Source of the DNA: an uncultured delta proteobacterium
Lineage (GTDB): Bacteria > Desulfobacterota > Binatia > Binatales > Binataceae
Assembly (NCBI GenBank): GCA_963808235.1
Contig: CAWEEQ010000004.1
Span: forward strand, 3,232,001-3,296,000
Length of the DNA stretch: 64,000 nt
Reading direction: 5' to 3'
Shown: one piece after another, positions 50,556 through 60,522 of the stretch
How the letters are laid out: each line of letters begins with the position of its first letter
Position numbering within the stretch: position 1 is the stretch's first letter
Notes under the pieces: model-generated
What the model was told of the DNA's origin: nothing
Database searches by the model: none
Seen by the model: the letters and a program-made list of their open reading frames with translations, nothing else
Program-made: the position numbers and the translations under genes

Positions 50556-52643
50556 CTATGGGGTTCCGATGATCGTGAATACGCTCGTAGTTGGCAAACT
50601 CTTTGCCGATTTGAACAACCCGACAAGTTGTAAGGTCATATCCATTATCTCAGGTGTTCGACCGGCAAACTCCGGACCGGGAACCACATAACCTTCGCCA
50701 TCGTACGTTACCCCCAAGATCGGCCAGTAGGTCTTCGCCACCGGTGCAGTTTTGTTAAGTACGAACATGGGCTCGCATCTGAACCCACTGTCTTCACTCG
50801 TTCGATAATTCAGCGTGACAGCAGCCGGATTTTTTTCGTTGGGCGGAGCTAAGCAAATGTCATCGGGTATAGTTCGATTTAATTCAGGATTGTACTTAAT
50901 TGCGATTGTTCGTAGCGGTGTTGGCCGGTTGTCCTGTGGATCTGTTGGTCCTATTTCTCTCCGGACGATCTCCCCTAGGTAGTAGATGATACCGTCGGCT
51001 GATCTCGGAGCTAATTCGATTTGAACCGCCTTCGAAAAGTCTATCTCACTTCCGTGGCTCTTGCCGTACTTCGAGCAGCTCGGCTTAGCTTCGCCAATAC
51101 CCTCAGTGCATTCTTTCTTTAGATGACCTTGACCAGGAATGAGCATGCAGTCGGCTTGACAATGAGAGTATTCGGGGAGCAGATCGGGAAACTTCGTCTT
51201 TTGCTTCCCACTTTTCAATTTTACCTCCTCCGTGTTACGGCGCCAGTCCGGGTTGTCGATAGCGGTTAGCTGCAACGCGATTTCCGGACCTAGAGTCAGG
51301 GCTTTAAAGCCCAATTGACTAGGGGCGTTCGCGCTATCTGGGGTCAGACTGGCAGCGCCGCCGTTTAGGGTCCCTGCGACCGCTGTATTTTGCGGCAGTG
51401 TCTTCTTCTTGCCACCGCACGCTGCTGCACTCTTGGCAATCGAGTCGGCGATGGCGGAATGCAGTTCGCTCGGCTGAGGACCGCCCCAACGAGGCGGGCG
51501 GAAGCATAATTGAAAGCCCGAGCTGGACTTCTGAGCGCGATAGAGCGTGGATGGCAGATCCGAAAGTTGGTCGCTGAGTTTGCTCGCTTGAACATCCGCG
51601 TCTTGGAAATTACATATCTTATTGAGGTCCGCGACTACTTCGTCGTCAGTTTTACCAGGAACTGGATGTCTACGAAGAGAATCGCGCCAATCGCTCTCAT
51701 CGCCATCACAGTTTGTTATCCCGCTGCTAGGAGGCACGACCGTGGCTATTTGGCCGGCGAGATCGGCAAAGGTCTTCGGAGGATCGCAGATTCCCTGGAG
51801 TTTCTTGAGGTCGTCTTTCTCGTTACCAGGGTCCAATCTGGCAAGTAACTCATTCCTTTCGTTCGCAGCGAGATCGCACCACTTTACTTGTTTGACGTCC
51901 AGCCCCGCGGTCGCAGCTCGGGACAGATCAGTAAGCTCTTCTGCTTCGTCGGCGGTAAGCACTGCACCAACTGTGGTGACCTTGGATTTCGACTCCGTGC
52001 TAAGCCCCAGGTTGAGCAAATAGTCGATCACAACTTGAAAACGATCGAAGTCTTGATCTCTTCCGACGTTGTTGGGGATTTCCAGAATGTTGGTATGCCC
52101 TTGCTTGTCAGTCTGTTTGATTACGATCTGAGCGACAAAGAGATTGAAGAGCATCGTCGCGGAATACCGCTGCTCGTAGTACAAATCCAGCGTATCCAAA
52201 GGAATTGGACTCATGATTCCTTCGTAGAAATCCTGCGTATCCAAAATCGCTACTGCGAAGGTCGGACCTCCGGAAAACGTCGCGGTCGGCGCTAACGTCG
52301 TCGCCACGCTGCCGCCGCCCTTCCTCAGAGGCCAGCTTCCACTTAGCCCTCCCGTGGAGGTAGCGTTACCAGACACGGTCGTAACGCCACTGAATTCTAG
52401 CGGGCGGCGCTTGCTGGCGCGCAGGACGTTCAGCAACAAGTCTTGATCCTGGACCTCTTCTGCTTCCTTGTTGTACTGCACCGCTCGGTCGGAGAATCTA
52501 TCGACAACCACACAACCCGCGATACCAGAAGTTGCCGCCAATAGAAGCACAATCGCCGCGCGCAGCCGCGGACGGCTCAAGGTCAACTGCCAAATCCGTC
52601 GCCTGATACCAGGCAAGGTCTCTTCCGACCTGCTTTGAGTCAT
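50556..52643 (-). CDS. large hypothetical lipoprotein
   Basis: GGGGGAG RBS, lipobox IAGC, LLLNVLRA motif; about 695 aa open frame in AT-richer DNA. Confidence 0.75.
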   Translation of the reverse strand: MTQSRSEETLPGIRRRIWQLTLSRPRLRAAIVLLLAATSGIAGCVVVDRFSDRAVQYNKEAEEVQDQDLLLNVLRASKRRPLEFSGVTTVSGNATSTGGLSGSWPLRKGGGSVATTLAPTATFSGGPTFAVAILDTQDFYEGIMSPIPLDTLDLYYEQRYSATMLFNLFVAQIVIKQTDKQGHTNILEIPNNVGRDQDFDRFQVVIDYLLNLGLSTESKSKVTTVGAVLTADEAEELTDLSRAATAGLDVKQVKWCDLAANERNELLARLDPGNEKDDLKKLQGICDPPKTFADLAGQIATVVPPSSGITNCDGDESDWRDSLRRHPVPGKTDDEVVADLNKICNFQDADVQASKLSDQLSDLPSTLYRAQKSSSGFQLCFRPPRWGGPQPSELHSAIADSIAKSAAACGGKKKTLPQNTAVAGTLNGGAASLTPDSANAPSQLGFKALTLGPEIALQLTAIDNPDWRRNTEEVKLKSGKQKTKFPDLLPEYSHCQADCMLIPGQGHLKKECTEGIGEAKPSCSKYGKSHGSEIDFSKAVQIELAPRSADGIIYYLGEIVRREIGPTDPQDNRPTPLRTIAIKYNPELNRTIPDDICLAPPNEKNPAAVTLNYRTSEDSGFRCEPMFVLNKTAPVAKTYWPILGVTYDGEGYVVPGPEFAGRTPEIMDMTLQLVGLFKSAKSLPTTSVFTIIGTP

Positions 52644-52857
52644 GAACTCCCCCCGAACTGGTAGCGCCCCCCTACCCACTTAAAGGCGGCGAAGATACGC
52701 GCGCACTTCTACACGAAATCCATTCCATGTGGCAACAGGGAGTCACCAGCAGAACCCGATCCGCGCCAACAAGCATCGACCTTCGGATAGGGAGGGCGGG
52801 CTCGGGGCCAACCGAGCGTAGCTGGTAGGTGAGGGTTCCCGCGCTGTGACGATGCCT

Positions 52858-54636
52858 CTACTTCGGCGTCAGCCGGTACAGCGCAACTGCCTGATTCTGC
52901 TGCACCATCTCGACACTAAACTTCGCCGCCAACTGATCGAGTTCGCCCTTGAGCACGTCGGCATAGTCCTGCGTCTCGGGCGCGGCTATCAGGAGAAAGA
53001 CCGGCGTCCTCGCGCTGATTGCCGATGCGAGCGCGTCCGTCTCGCCAGTTATCTGCCCGCCATCGAACACCACCGGCGGCACCGCGCCGTTCCATCCCGC
53101 GGCGCGTTTTTCGTACAGGCGATGCAGATGGTAGTCGGTGAATCGCTCGCCCGGGTCGAGTGAGTTCAGACCAACGAAGCGCCGATTGTTCGAGGGCAGA
53201 TACAGTTCGAGAAATTGCAGCGAGATGTTGCTGACCACGGTCGCATCGCGAGGAATGGATTGATCTAATGACACCAGCGAGGCGACCATCGGAGATTTCG
53301 ATGGCGTCGCGCTCAACCGTGCGACCGCTTCTGAAGCCAGCGACACGATCAGCAGCACGTCGAGCACGATCACGCCTGCCGCTGCCGCGAGCTGACCGGC
53401 GCTGCGATTAGGATTGCGCAACAGGTCGCGCATCCATCGATTCGCCGTCGCCGCTCCGGCGCCCGCCGCGATGAACAATACAAACGCCGCCGGCAAAATG
53501 AACGCCACGTCGGTGAACAGGTAGAAGCAGTACAGCCCGGCCAGTGCGGCAAGGTATCCGAGCCCGAACCACAGGATGCGCCGCGCCGCGGGCTTGTCCG
53601 ACGCGCGAAGTATCGCGAGGAATCCGACAATCGCGAACATCGCCGCCGCGAATGGGTACAGGAAGTAGCGCACGTCGCCGCGATCACCGAGCATCCCGTC
53701 GAGTCCCAGAAGCGTCGTCACGTAAACCAGCACGTTGCCATGCGGATTTCGCGGCATCGTCGGACCGAACAGATACGCGATGCTGAAGGTCTTCCCGCCA
53801 CTGCCATAGACTTCCGGCACCCACCACGCGTAGCCGCTGGCAAAGGCACTGCCGAGATGAATCGAGTTCTGATGCAACTGCCACCCGACCGGAATCGCAA
53901 ACCCGATCGCGATTGCGATCGCCGCTTTAACGAGACTCGAATGATCTCGACGCTCGAGCGGCACCATCACGACGCACAACGCGAGCCCGGCAAGTATCGT
54001 GACATTGGTCGGACGAATGATCGTCGAGAACCCGGCCAATAAACCGAACATCAACCATGCGGACATGCGCGCCCAGCTCGGCGATTGAGGCGCGTCGTCT
54101 GCAGTCGCTACCATCAGCATCTGCGCGGCACAAATCGTAACGAATAAGGTCGGTACGTCGCTCATCATGAGGGTCGAATATGTGATGAAGACGGGCGAGA
54201 GCGCGAGCAGTAGTGCCCCAATCACCCCTGCCGCGCGACCAAACGCCCACACTGCCAACACAAAGATAGCGAAGACCGATAATATCCCGAGCGCACAAGA
54301 GAGCAGCGGAACTTGTGAGATTGCGCCGTGGCAGAAGGATTCCAGAATCAGCGGGTAGCCGCCGGTGTACCGCGACGGGTAAGTATATCCACCGAAATGC
54401 AGTACCGCACCGCGACCATTCGCCAAGTTCACCGCCGATGCGGCGTACTCAAGTCCATCCGGCCATGGCATCAACTCAAATCCGCGCCGCCAGCCTGCAG
54501 ATCGGACCATCATCAAGGTGAGCAACTCTATCGCCAGCAAGATTCCCCAACCGACGATTCCCCACTCGAGCATTCCAAATTCGAGGAAGCGCGATTGGGA
54601 TGCGACGGGCTCCTTCGATGACTTCGCGCGGCTCAT
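52858..54636 (-). CDS. GT-C (ArnT/PMT-like) membrane glycosyltransferase
   Basis: PDGLEY after TM1, GYPLIL, ALSPVF..MSDVP, IRP; many TM segments. Confidence 0.75.
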   Translation of the reverse strand: MSRAKSSKEPVASQSRFLEFGMLEWGIVGWGILLAIELLTLMMVRSAGWRRGFELMPWPDGLEYAASAVNLANGRGAVLHFGGYTYPSRYTGGYPLILESFCHGAISQVPLLSCALGILSVFAIFVLAVWAFGRAAGVIGALLLALSPVFITYSTLMMSDVPTLFVTICAAQMLMVATADDAPQSPSWARMSAWLMFGLLAGFSTIIRPTNVTILAGLALCVVMVPLERRDHSSLVKAAIAIAIGFAIPVGWQLHQNSIHLGSAFASGYAWWVPEVYGSGGKTFSIAYLFGPTMPRNPHGNVLVYVTTLLGLDGMLGDRGDVRYFLYPFAAAMFAIVGFLAILRASDKPAARRILWFGLGYLAALAGLYCFYLFTDVAFILPAAFVLFIAAGAGAATANRWMRDLLRNPNRSAGQLAAAAGVIVLDVLLIVSLASEAVARLSATPSKSPMVASLVSLDQSIPRDATVVSNISLQFLELYLPSNNRRFVGLNSLDPGERFTDYHLHRLYEKRAAGWNGAVPPVVFDGGQITGETDALASAISARTPVFLLIAAPETQDYADVLKGELDQLAAKFSVEMVQQNQAVALYRLTPK

Positions 54637-56171
54637 CGCAGCGCGTCTCCGCGACCGCCGACAGTGCCGACGCCGCGCGCATCGGCGGATGGCTCCTCGT
54701 CGTGCTGCTCATCCCGCGGATCGTGCGGATGCTCTATCCCGAAGTTTGGGTCGAGGACGATTTCTACCTCGAAAGCGCGTGGCTGGTGAGCGTCGGGATG
54801 CGCCCGTACCTGGATTTCGTTCATCCGCATATGCCGCTGCTCGAATGGATCGCGGGTGGCTACCTCAAGTTGTTCGGCCCGAGCCTTCTGTCGCTCGAAG
54901 TCCTGAACGAAGCCGCGATTTTCGCCTCTAGTCTCCTTACGTACTCGCTGGCGCGCCGCGTCTCCGGTCGCCCGGCCGCGATCGCCGCGTCGATTCTATA
55001 CGGATATAGTTCGCTCGTCTTTCGCTACCATGCCTACGAGCGCGAATCGTTCATCGCCCCGCTCATCCTGCTCGCCGCACTCGTGACCCTCGACGACACG
55101 ATGCCCGCAATCCGCCAAGCGGTCATCCTCGCGATAATTTTCTTTGTCGCATGCGCGATCAAGCTGACCGCGGTGATTCCCTATCCCGTGATTCTCTTGT
55201 TCATCGCGATCGCCTACCGCCGAATCGGGGCCGCGGTCATCTCGGGCGCCTTCTTCATGCTCGCGCTTGCCGGTTTCAGCGCAGTGCTCTACCGGCTGTA
55301 CGGCTACGAGTTCGTTTTCCAGACGTTCGTATTTCACTTTCTGAAAGGGCGCGATTCCGGCTTCGACATCGCGCTCTACCCGCGCATGATCCTCGACATC
55401 CTGGGCCCGCTTTTCGTGCTTGGATGCTGGCGAGTCTACGCCGATCGGATTTTCAACCGCCGCGTGATTCTAATTTTGGCGACCGTGGCGGCTGAATATG
55501 CGTTTTATGGAGTGCTCAGTCCAACCGCGTGGGGCCACAACTACCTGGAAGCGATCCCGTTCATTGCGATCGTCGCCGGTATCGGCGCTGCGGGGCTGGT
55601 TGCCGCCGCCGAAGATTCTCGCGAGCGATGGCGCCGGCTCGTGACGGGCGCGGCCCTGATCGTGATCTTTCTCTTCTGGATCACGCCGCTTGTGAACGAG
55701 AACTGGCTTCATGGCAGCGTCTATGGATTCGGTTTCGTGCCGCGCGCGGAAATCGCGCAGCTCGCCGACGCGCTGCGCATTTCCAGCAAGCCCACAGACG
55801 ACGTGATCGCGCCGTCGTTCATATGCTTCGCGGCCGGGCGCCGCGAGCTGATCCGCTATCCGGAAACCTACGGCGTTTACCGCGAAGGGAAAGAGGAATT
55901 CGAGCGTGACGGATTTTTCGCCGCGCGTCGCCATCTTGGCAAGGCCGATTTTTTTCAGCTGATATCCGATACCAGGCATTTCTGGACCGAGCAGATGCGC
56001 ACCGCGATTGGATCCGGAAAAGTCTCCGCCGTCATTTCCGACTCGCCGGTTCAGTTACTGCCGCTGGTTTTGATTCCCGACAATTATTTGACCCAGAGCG
56101 GTTTCCATCCCGTGCTGACCACCGAGCATTTCACGCTGTGGACGCGTGGCAACACCGGCGCAGCGCCCTAG
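54618..56171 (+). CDS. GT-C membrane glycosyltransferase
   Basis: VEDDFY after TM1, GMRPYLDFVHPHMP, IKLT, HNYLE; many TM segments. Start uncertain. Confidence 0.75.
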   Translation: MTSRGSSQRVSATADSADAARIGGWLLVVLLIPRIVRMLYPEVWVEDDFYLESAWLVSVGMRPYLDFVHPHMPLLEWIAGGYLKLFGPSLLSLEVLNEAAIFASSLLTYSLARRVSGRPAAIAASILYGYSSLVFRYHAYERESFIAPLILLAALVTLDDTMPAIRQAVILAIIFFVACAIKLTAVIPYPVILLFIAIAYRRIGAAVISGAFFMLALAGFSAVLYRLYGYEFVFQTFVFHFLKGRDSGFDIALYPRMILDILGPLFVLGCWRVYADRIFNRRVILILATVAAEYAFYGVLSPTAWGHNYLEAIPFIAIVAGIGAAGLVAAAEDSRERWRRLVTGAALIVIFLFWITPLVNENWLHGSVYGFGFVPRAEIAQLADALRISSKPTDDVIAPSFICFAAGRRELIRYPETYGVYREGKEEFERDGFFAARRHLGKADFFQLISDTRHFWTEQMRTAIGSGKVSAVISDSPVQLLPLVLIPDNYLTQSGFHPVLTTEHFTLWTRGNTGAAP

Positions 56172-56765
56172 CTACTTTTTGCGGCGCGGGGGGCGGTAGC
56201 GCGACGGAACACGGCGATGAGGCGGCGGATTGTAGACGTGCATGAACGAGAACGCGGCAATCGTCAGCGCGTGCATGATCGCGCCCGTCGCGATGAGTTC
56301 GCGAATCTCGGTCATCGGCACCAGCACTACTTCGGTCTCTTCGTTGCCGAGTGCCACCGGGCGGTCCACCTCGCGCACGTTCTCGGCGAGAAACGAGAAA
56401 CAGATGTTGCCCTGGATCGCGGGATTCGGATGGACCCGGCCGAGTTCCACGATAGTATCCGAATCGTAGCCGCTCTCCTCGATCATCTCGCGACGCGCCG
56501 CATGCATCGGGGCCGCATCTTCCGGATCGATCATCCCGCCAGGAATCTCAAGGGTGAACTCGGCGATTCCGTGCCGCCATTGGTTGATCATCACGACCTT
56601 GCCGCTTCCCGTCAGCGGAATGATATTCACCCAGTTCGGCGCGTCGAGGATGAAGAAGTCGTATTCACCGCGCCGCGAATGTATCGATCGGCGCCGATGT
56701 AGATCGAAGATAGGAGTGCGATAGGCGACATCGCTCCGGAGCGTTTTCCACTTGCGCGGTTTCAT
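56172..56765 (-). CDS. NUDIX hydrolase (ADP-ribose pyrophosphatase-like)
   Basis: QWRHG, LEIPGGMID..AARREMIEESGY Nudix box. Confidence 0.9.
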   Translation of the reverse strand: MKPRKWKTLRSDVAYRTPIFDLHRRRSIHSRRGEYDFFILDAPNWVNIIPLTGSGKVVMINQWRHGIAEFTLEIPGGMIDPEDAAPMHAARREMIEESGYDSDTIVELGRVHPNPAIQGNICFSFLAENVREVDRPVALGNEETEVVLVPMTEIRELIATGAIMHALTIAAFSFMHVYNPPPHRRVPSRYRPPRRKK

Positions 56766-56784
56766 AACGCGGTGGGATTCGCGG

Positions 56785-57214
56785 CTAGAACAAGCGAGAG
56801 AATTCGATTGCCGGGCAGCGGTCCATGATTACGGTCATTCCGGCTTGCTGGGCCCGGCGGGCCGCATCGAGATGGATCACGCCGAGCTGGCACCAGAGGA
56901 TGCGCGCGCCCTTTGCGATCGCGTCTTCGAGGACCCCGGGCACGAACTCGGAGCGTCTGAAAACGTCAACTATTTCGACCGGCTCCGGAATCGACGCGAC
57001 ATCGGGGTAGCATTTTTCACCGAGCTCAGCTTTGAGCGCGTCGGCGCCGAGTTGCGGATTGACGGGAATCACCTTGAAGCCGCGGCTTTTTAGCAACTTG
57101 GCGATTCGAAGCGAGTCGCGCGCCGGATTATCCGAGCATCCCACGACAGCGACCGTCGCAGGCCGCGAGAGGATCGCGCGAATCTCCGAGTCCGGCGGAT
57201 TGCGTGAATTCCAT
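56785..57214 (-). CDS. CoA-binding protein (YccU-like; frameshift near 57203)
   Basis: NPPDSEIRAIL..VAVVGCSDNPAR, PVNP, VDVFRRSE, WCQLG, MDRC. ATG at 57214 is one base out of frame. Confidence 0.88.
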
Positions 57215-57219
57215 CGCCG

Positions 57220-57741
57220 CTATTCCTGGAACAGGCGCTCGATGATTGTCGGGACCAGGCGCCTGATTTCCTCGCGGCACTCGGCGAACACCAGGTCGCC
57301 CTTCTCGTATGGATCGTCGATATCGCCAGTCTCGCCGGCGAACGATCGGAGTGTAAAAACCGGCCGTGCGTTTGCGCCCGGAAAACGATCGACCAGCTCG
57401 CGCGCCTGCTGCTCGGTCATCGCGATTATGAGGTCGGCGTCCTCGAGCATCTCGGGATGCCGTTTCAGGTCGGTCGAGACGGCCTCATCGCCGAGATCGA
57501 TGCCGACTTCGCGCAGCGCCATCCGCGTGTCGAGCGAGACCAAGGCTCCGTCGCGCGCATACGGCGCGATTCCCGCCGAGGTGATGGTAATTTGATGGTC
57601 GAAGCCGAGCGCGTCGAGTTCGCGGCGCAGAATATGTTCCGCCATCACGCTTCGCGCGGTGTTGGCCGCGCAGATGAACAGGATAGAACGAAAGCGCGGC
57701 TCACGTGGAGCCGCGCCTTTCGGTTTCGCATTGGTGGTCAA
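57220..57741 (-). CDS. low-molecular-weight protein Tyr/Arg phosphatase
   Basis: ILFICAANTARS (CX5R), SAG, ADLIIAM, DIDDPY. Start uncertain. Confidence 0.87.
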   Translation of the reverse strand: MTTNAKPKGAAPREPRFRSILFICAANTARSVMAEHILRRELDALGFDHQITITSAGIAPYARDGALVSLDTRMALREVGIDLGDEAVSTDLKRHPEMLEDADLIIAMTEQQARELVDRFPGANARPVFTLRSFAGETGDIDDPYEKGDLVFAECREEIRRLVPTIIERLFQE

Positions 57742-57764
57742 AAATCTGTACGCGTCGGGACGAC

Positions 57765-58697
57765 CTACACGCCTCCGCCCATCACCTCGCCCATGCTCTC
57801 TTTTTTGGAAACGCCTTTGGCGATTTCTTCCTTGAGCTTGGCGCCGAGTTCCGCCGGCTCCCACATCGAGCCTTTCTTCGAAACCTTAGCCGCCGTGTGC
57901 CATCCCTTCATCAGCCACACGTTGCCCATGCCCACGCGGAACACTTCTCCGTGACAGTCTTTGGCGTCATCGCTCGACAGCCACGCCACCAGCGGCGCGA
58001 CGTGCGCAGGCGTGAACGCGTCCCATTGTCCCGCCTTTTGCGCCATGCCGGCGGCGGTCTGCGGGGTCGCGTCTACGGTCAGGCGGGTGCGCGCGACCGG
58101 CGCGATCGCATTGGCGGTGACGCCATAGCGGCTCATCTCGCGGTCCACGATTATCGCCATCGCGGCGACCGCGGCCTTGGCGGCGCCGTAGTTGCTTTGT
58201 CCCGCGTTGCCCAGGATGCCCGAGTCGGAACTGGTATTGATCAACCGTCCGTTGAGCACGTTGCCCGCTTTGTGCTGCTCGCGCCAATAGGCGGTCGCGT
58301 GGCGAGAAACGTTGAAGGTGCCCTTCAGATGGACGGCGACCACCGCGTCCCAATCCTCTTCGCTCATGTTGAAGACCATGCGGTCGCGCAGGATGCCGGC
58401 GTTGTTGACGACGATGTTGAGCTTGCCGAAATTGTCGATCGCGCAATCGATGATTCGCTTGGCGGACTTGAAGTCGGTCACGCTCTCGAAATTGGCGACC
58501 GCCTCTCCGCCGGCCGACCGAATTTCCTTGACCACGTCCTCGGCGGGCGAGCGCGATTGCCCGGTACCGTCGAAATGTCCGCCCAGATCGTTGATCACGA
58601 CTTTCGCGCCGTGCTTGGCGAGCAAGAGCGCCTCTTCGCGCCCGATACCGCGGCCCGCGCCGGTAATTACCGCTACTTTTCCATCCAGTAGTGCCAT
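57765..58697 (-). CDS. short-chain dehydrogenase/reductase
   Basis: TGAGRGIG, NNAGILRD, YGAAK motifs. Confidence 0.93.
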   Translation of the reverse strand: MALLDGKVAVITGAGRGIGREEALLLAKHGAKVVINDLGGHFDGTGQSRSPAEDVVKEIRSAGGEAVANFESVTDFKSAKRIIDCAIDNFGKLNIVVNNAGILRDRMVFNMSEEDWDAVVAVHLKGTFNVSRHATAYWREQHKAGNVLNGRLINTSSDSGILGNAGQSNYGAAKAAVAAMAIIVDREMSRYGVTANAIAPVARTRLTVDATPQTAAGMAQKAGQWDAFTPAHVAPLVAWLSSDDAKDCHGEVFRVGMGNVWLMKGWHTAAKVSKKGSMWEPAELGAKLKEEIAKGVSKKESMGEVMGGGV

Positions 58698-58701
58698 CTC
58701 G

Positions 58702-59304
58702 CTAGTTCCTCTTTTTTTCCTTGTCGTTCGGATTTTGAGCTTGTGGAGCTTGCTGGGCGATTTCGCCCGGCCCTATTACGTCGAAGTCTTCCTTGGGTTC
58801 CATCAATGATTCGTCCAGATGCGCGGGTAATTCGTAGATCAGATCGATTGTCATGCGCGACTTATCCGCGTCGCTCGGATACAGCATGATGCTTCCCGGA
58901 CGCCCGTTGTAATGAAAGTCGCACGACCAGGTCTTGCGCGCCGACATGATGAGCGACGAGGTTATCCGAAAGTCATTCTTCTTGAGCGCGTCCTTATAAT
59001 AGCCGACCATCTGCGGGAAATCGCCCTGCGCGCTTAGCAATATCTCGCGCATCGCACCCTTGGGTTTGCGTACATGCTCGACGACCGCGCCCGGATACAT
59101 CGGCATCTGCTTGTACAGGTCCGGCGGCAGCACTTTGCTCGGTTCATCGGGCGCCGTCATCGAGGACTGCACGGGCGGAGGCGCGGTGATTGGCGACGGA
59201 GGAGTTTTGCAGGCGGCGAGTCCAGCGAACAAGGCTGCGGTGAGCAGTCCTTTACCCGGGAGCGACCGTGCAAGTCTTGAAATGAACAAGTCGGGCGGAT
59301 TCAC
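58702..59304 (-). CDS. hypothetical lipoprotein
   Basis: Lipobox LAAC, Pro-rich tether, MPMYPGA motif; divergent from exbB. GTG start inferred. Confidence 0.7.
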   Translation of the reverse strand: MNPPDLFISRLARSLPGKGLLTAALFAGLAACKTPPSPITAPPPVQSSMTAPDEPSKVLPPDLYKQMPMYPGAVVEHVRKPKGAMREILLSAQGDFPQMVGYYKDALKKNDFRITSSLIMSARKTWSCDFHYNGRPGSIMLYPSDADKSRMTIDLIYELPAHLDESLMEPKEDFDVIGPGEIAQQAPQAQNPNDKEKKRN

Positions 59305-59388
59305 CGTCTTATTAATTGAAAGAAGGCCGTTATTTTTCAAAACGTTAATCGACAAAAAAATAATGACCGCATCGCGGTCACGATCTGG

Positions 59389-59426
59389 CAAGTTCTGGAT
59401 AGACTTGCAAGTTCTGGATAGACTTG
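59389..59426. repeat. perfect 2 x 19-bp tandem repeat, each unit with inverted ends
   Basis: CAAGTTCTGGATAGACTTG twice (CAAGT-N9-ACTTG). Confidence 0.9.
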
Positions 59427-59880
59427 AACGACCGATAAGTCAAGGCAATTCGATCCCAGGGAGGATCGGTTCGCGCTTGATTTCCCATGGTCGAGCGGCC
59501 CGCTTTTGGCGTACAATCAAATCGGGTTGCGGCTCGATGATCCAGAATCGCGCAACCTTTTACGGCTGCGGCGCGAGCTACCAGGTTTGCGCTGTGCCAA
59601 TCGGATCGACCGGCGAACGATCCGATTTTTTACGCGCCGAGAAGCGACTCTTGACAAATACTTGGCATTGTTGCATTCAGACTTTCCGCCATATCCGGAA
59701 GACTTTATCGTCTCTGGCCGGCCGGTGGGAGCTTGATTTGTTGGGGTTACGGCTCGACGGCGCGGGACTCGTGCCGGAGAGCATCGCGAAAGACAGTTTG
59801 GGACAGTTTGGGGTAACGGTTCGGGGCGGACCAGAATATCTCCGCCCAGATCTATTTTAACACTTCTAGAGGGATAAGAG

Positions 59881-60522
59881 ATGCAAAGCAATTTTGGAAT
59901 TTTGGGAATGATCCAAGAGGGTTACTACGCTACGTACCCCCTGCTGTTCATTTCGGTCATCTGCCTCGCGATCATTTTCGAGCGCGTGTGGGCGCTATGG
60001 GGCGTCGGCCCGAAGACCGCGAAGCTGGCCGACTCGCTGGTGCCGCAACTCCGCCAGGGCAAGTTCAACGAGGCGTTGCAGGCAACCCAAGCGCGGGGCA
60101 CCGCTGCCGAGCGCATCTATCACACCCTGATCTCGGGATCGCAGACCATGGACCGCGACCATCTGCTCGAGCTCGACGACGAGCGTCGCTACCAGGAAGG
60201 GCTCGAGTTCAAGCGTTACATCTGGGTGCTGGCGACCGCCGGCGCGTCGGCGCCGTTCATCGGGCTGTTCGGCACCGTCGTCGGAATCCTGGTCGCATTC
60301 CAATCGATGGCGATCATGGGCACCGGCGGTTTCTCGGTCGTCGCGGCCGGTATTTCGGCGGCGCTGATCTCGACCGCGCTCGGACTTGCCGTCGCGATCG
60401 TCGCGGTCATATTCTACAACTACTTCTCGGTTAAGGTTGAGAACATCAACGCCATGCAGCACATCAACGATGATCGCCTGATCGACGCCGCGCTGCAGGG
60501 GAGACAGGCGCGTGGCAATTAG
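59881..60522 (+). CDS. MotA/TolQ/ExbB proton-channel protein
   Basis: IIFER, LATAGASAPFIGLFGTVVGI, AGISAALISTALGLAVAI..FYNYF. Confidence 0.93.
   Translation: MQSNFGILGMIQEGYYATYPLLFISVICLAIIFERVWALWGVGPKTAKLADSLVPQLRQGKFNEALQATQARGTAAERIYHTLISGSQTMDRDHLLELDDERRYQEGLEFKRYIWVLATAGASAPFIGLFGTVVGILVAFQSMAIMGTGGFSVVAAGISAALISTALGLAVAIVAVIFYNYFSVKVENINAMQHINDDRLIDAALQGRQARGN

Noticed and set aside
59661-59676. Sigma-54 promoter upstream of exbB (TTGGCATTGTTGCA)
   Set aside because: GG-to-GC spacing is 7 nt rather than the required 10.
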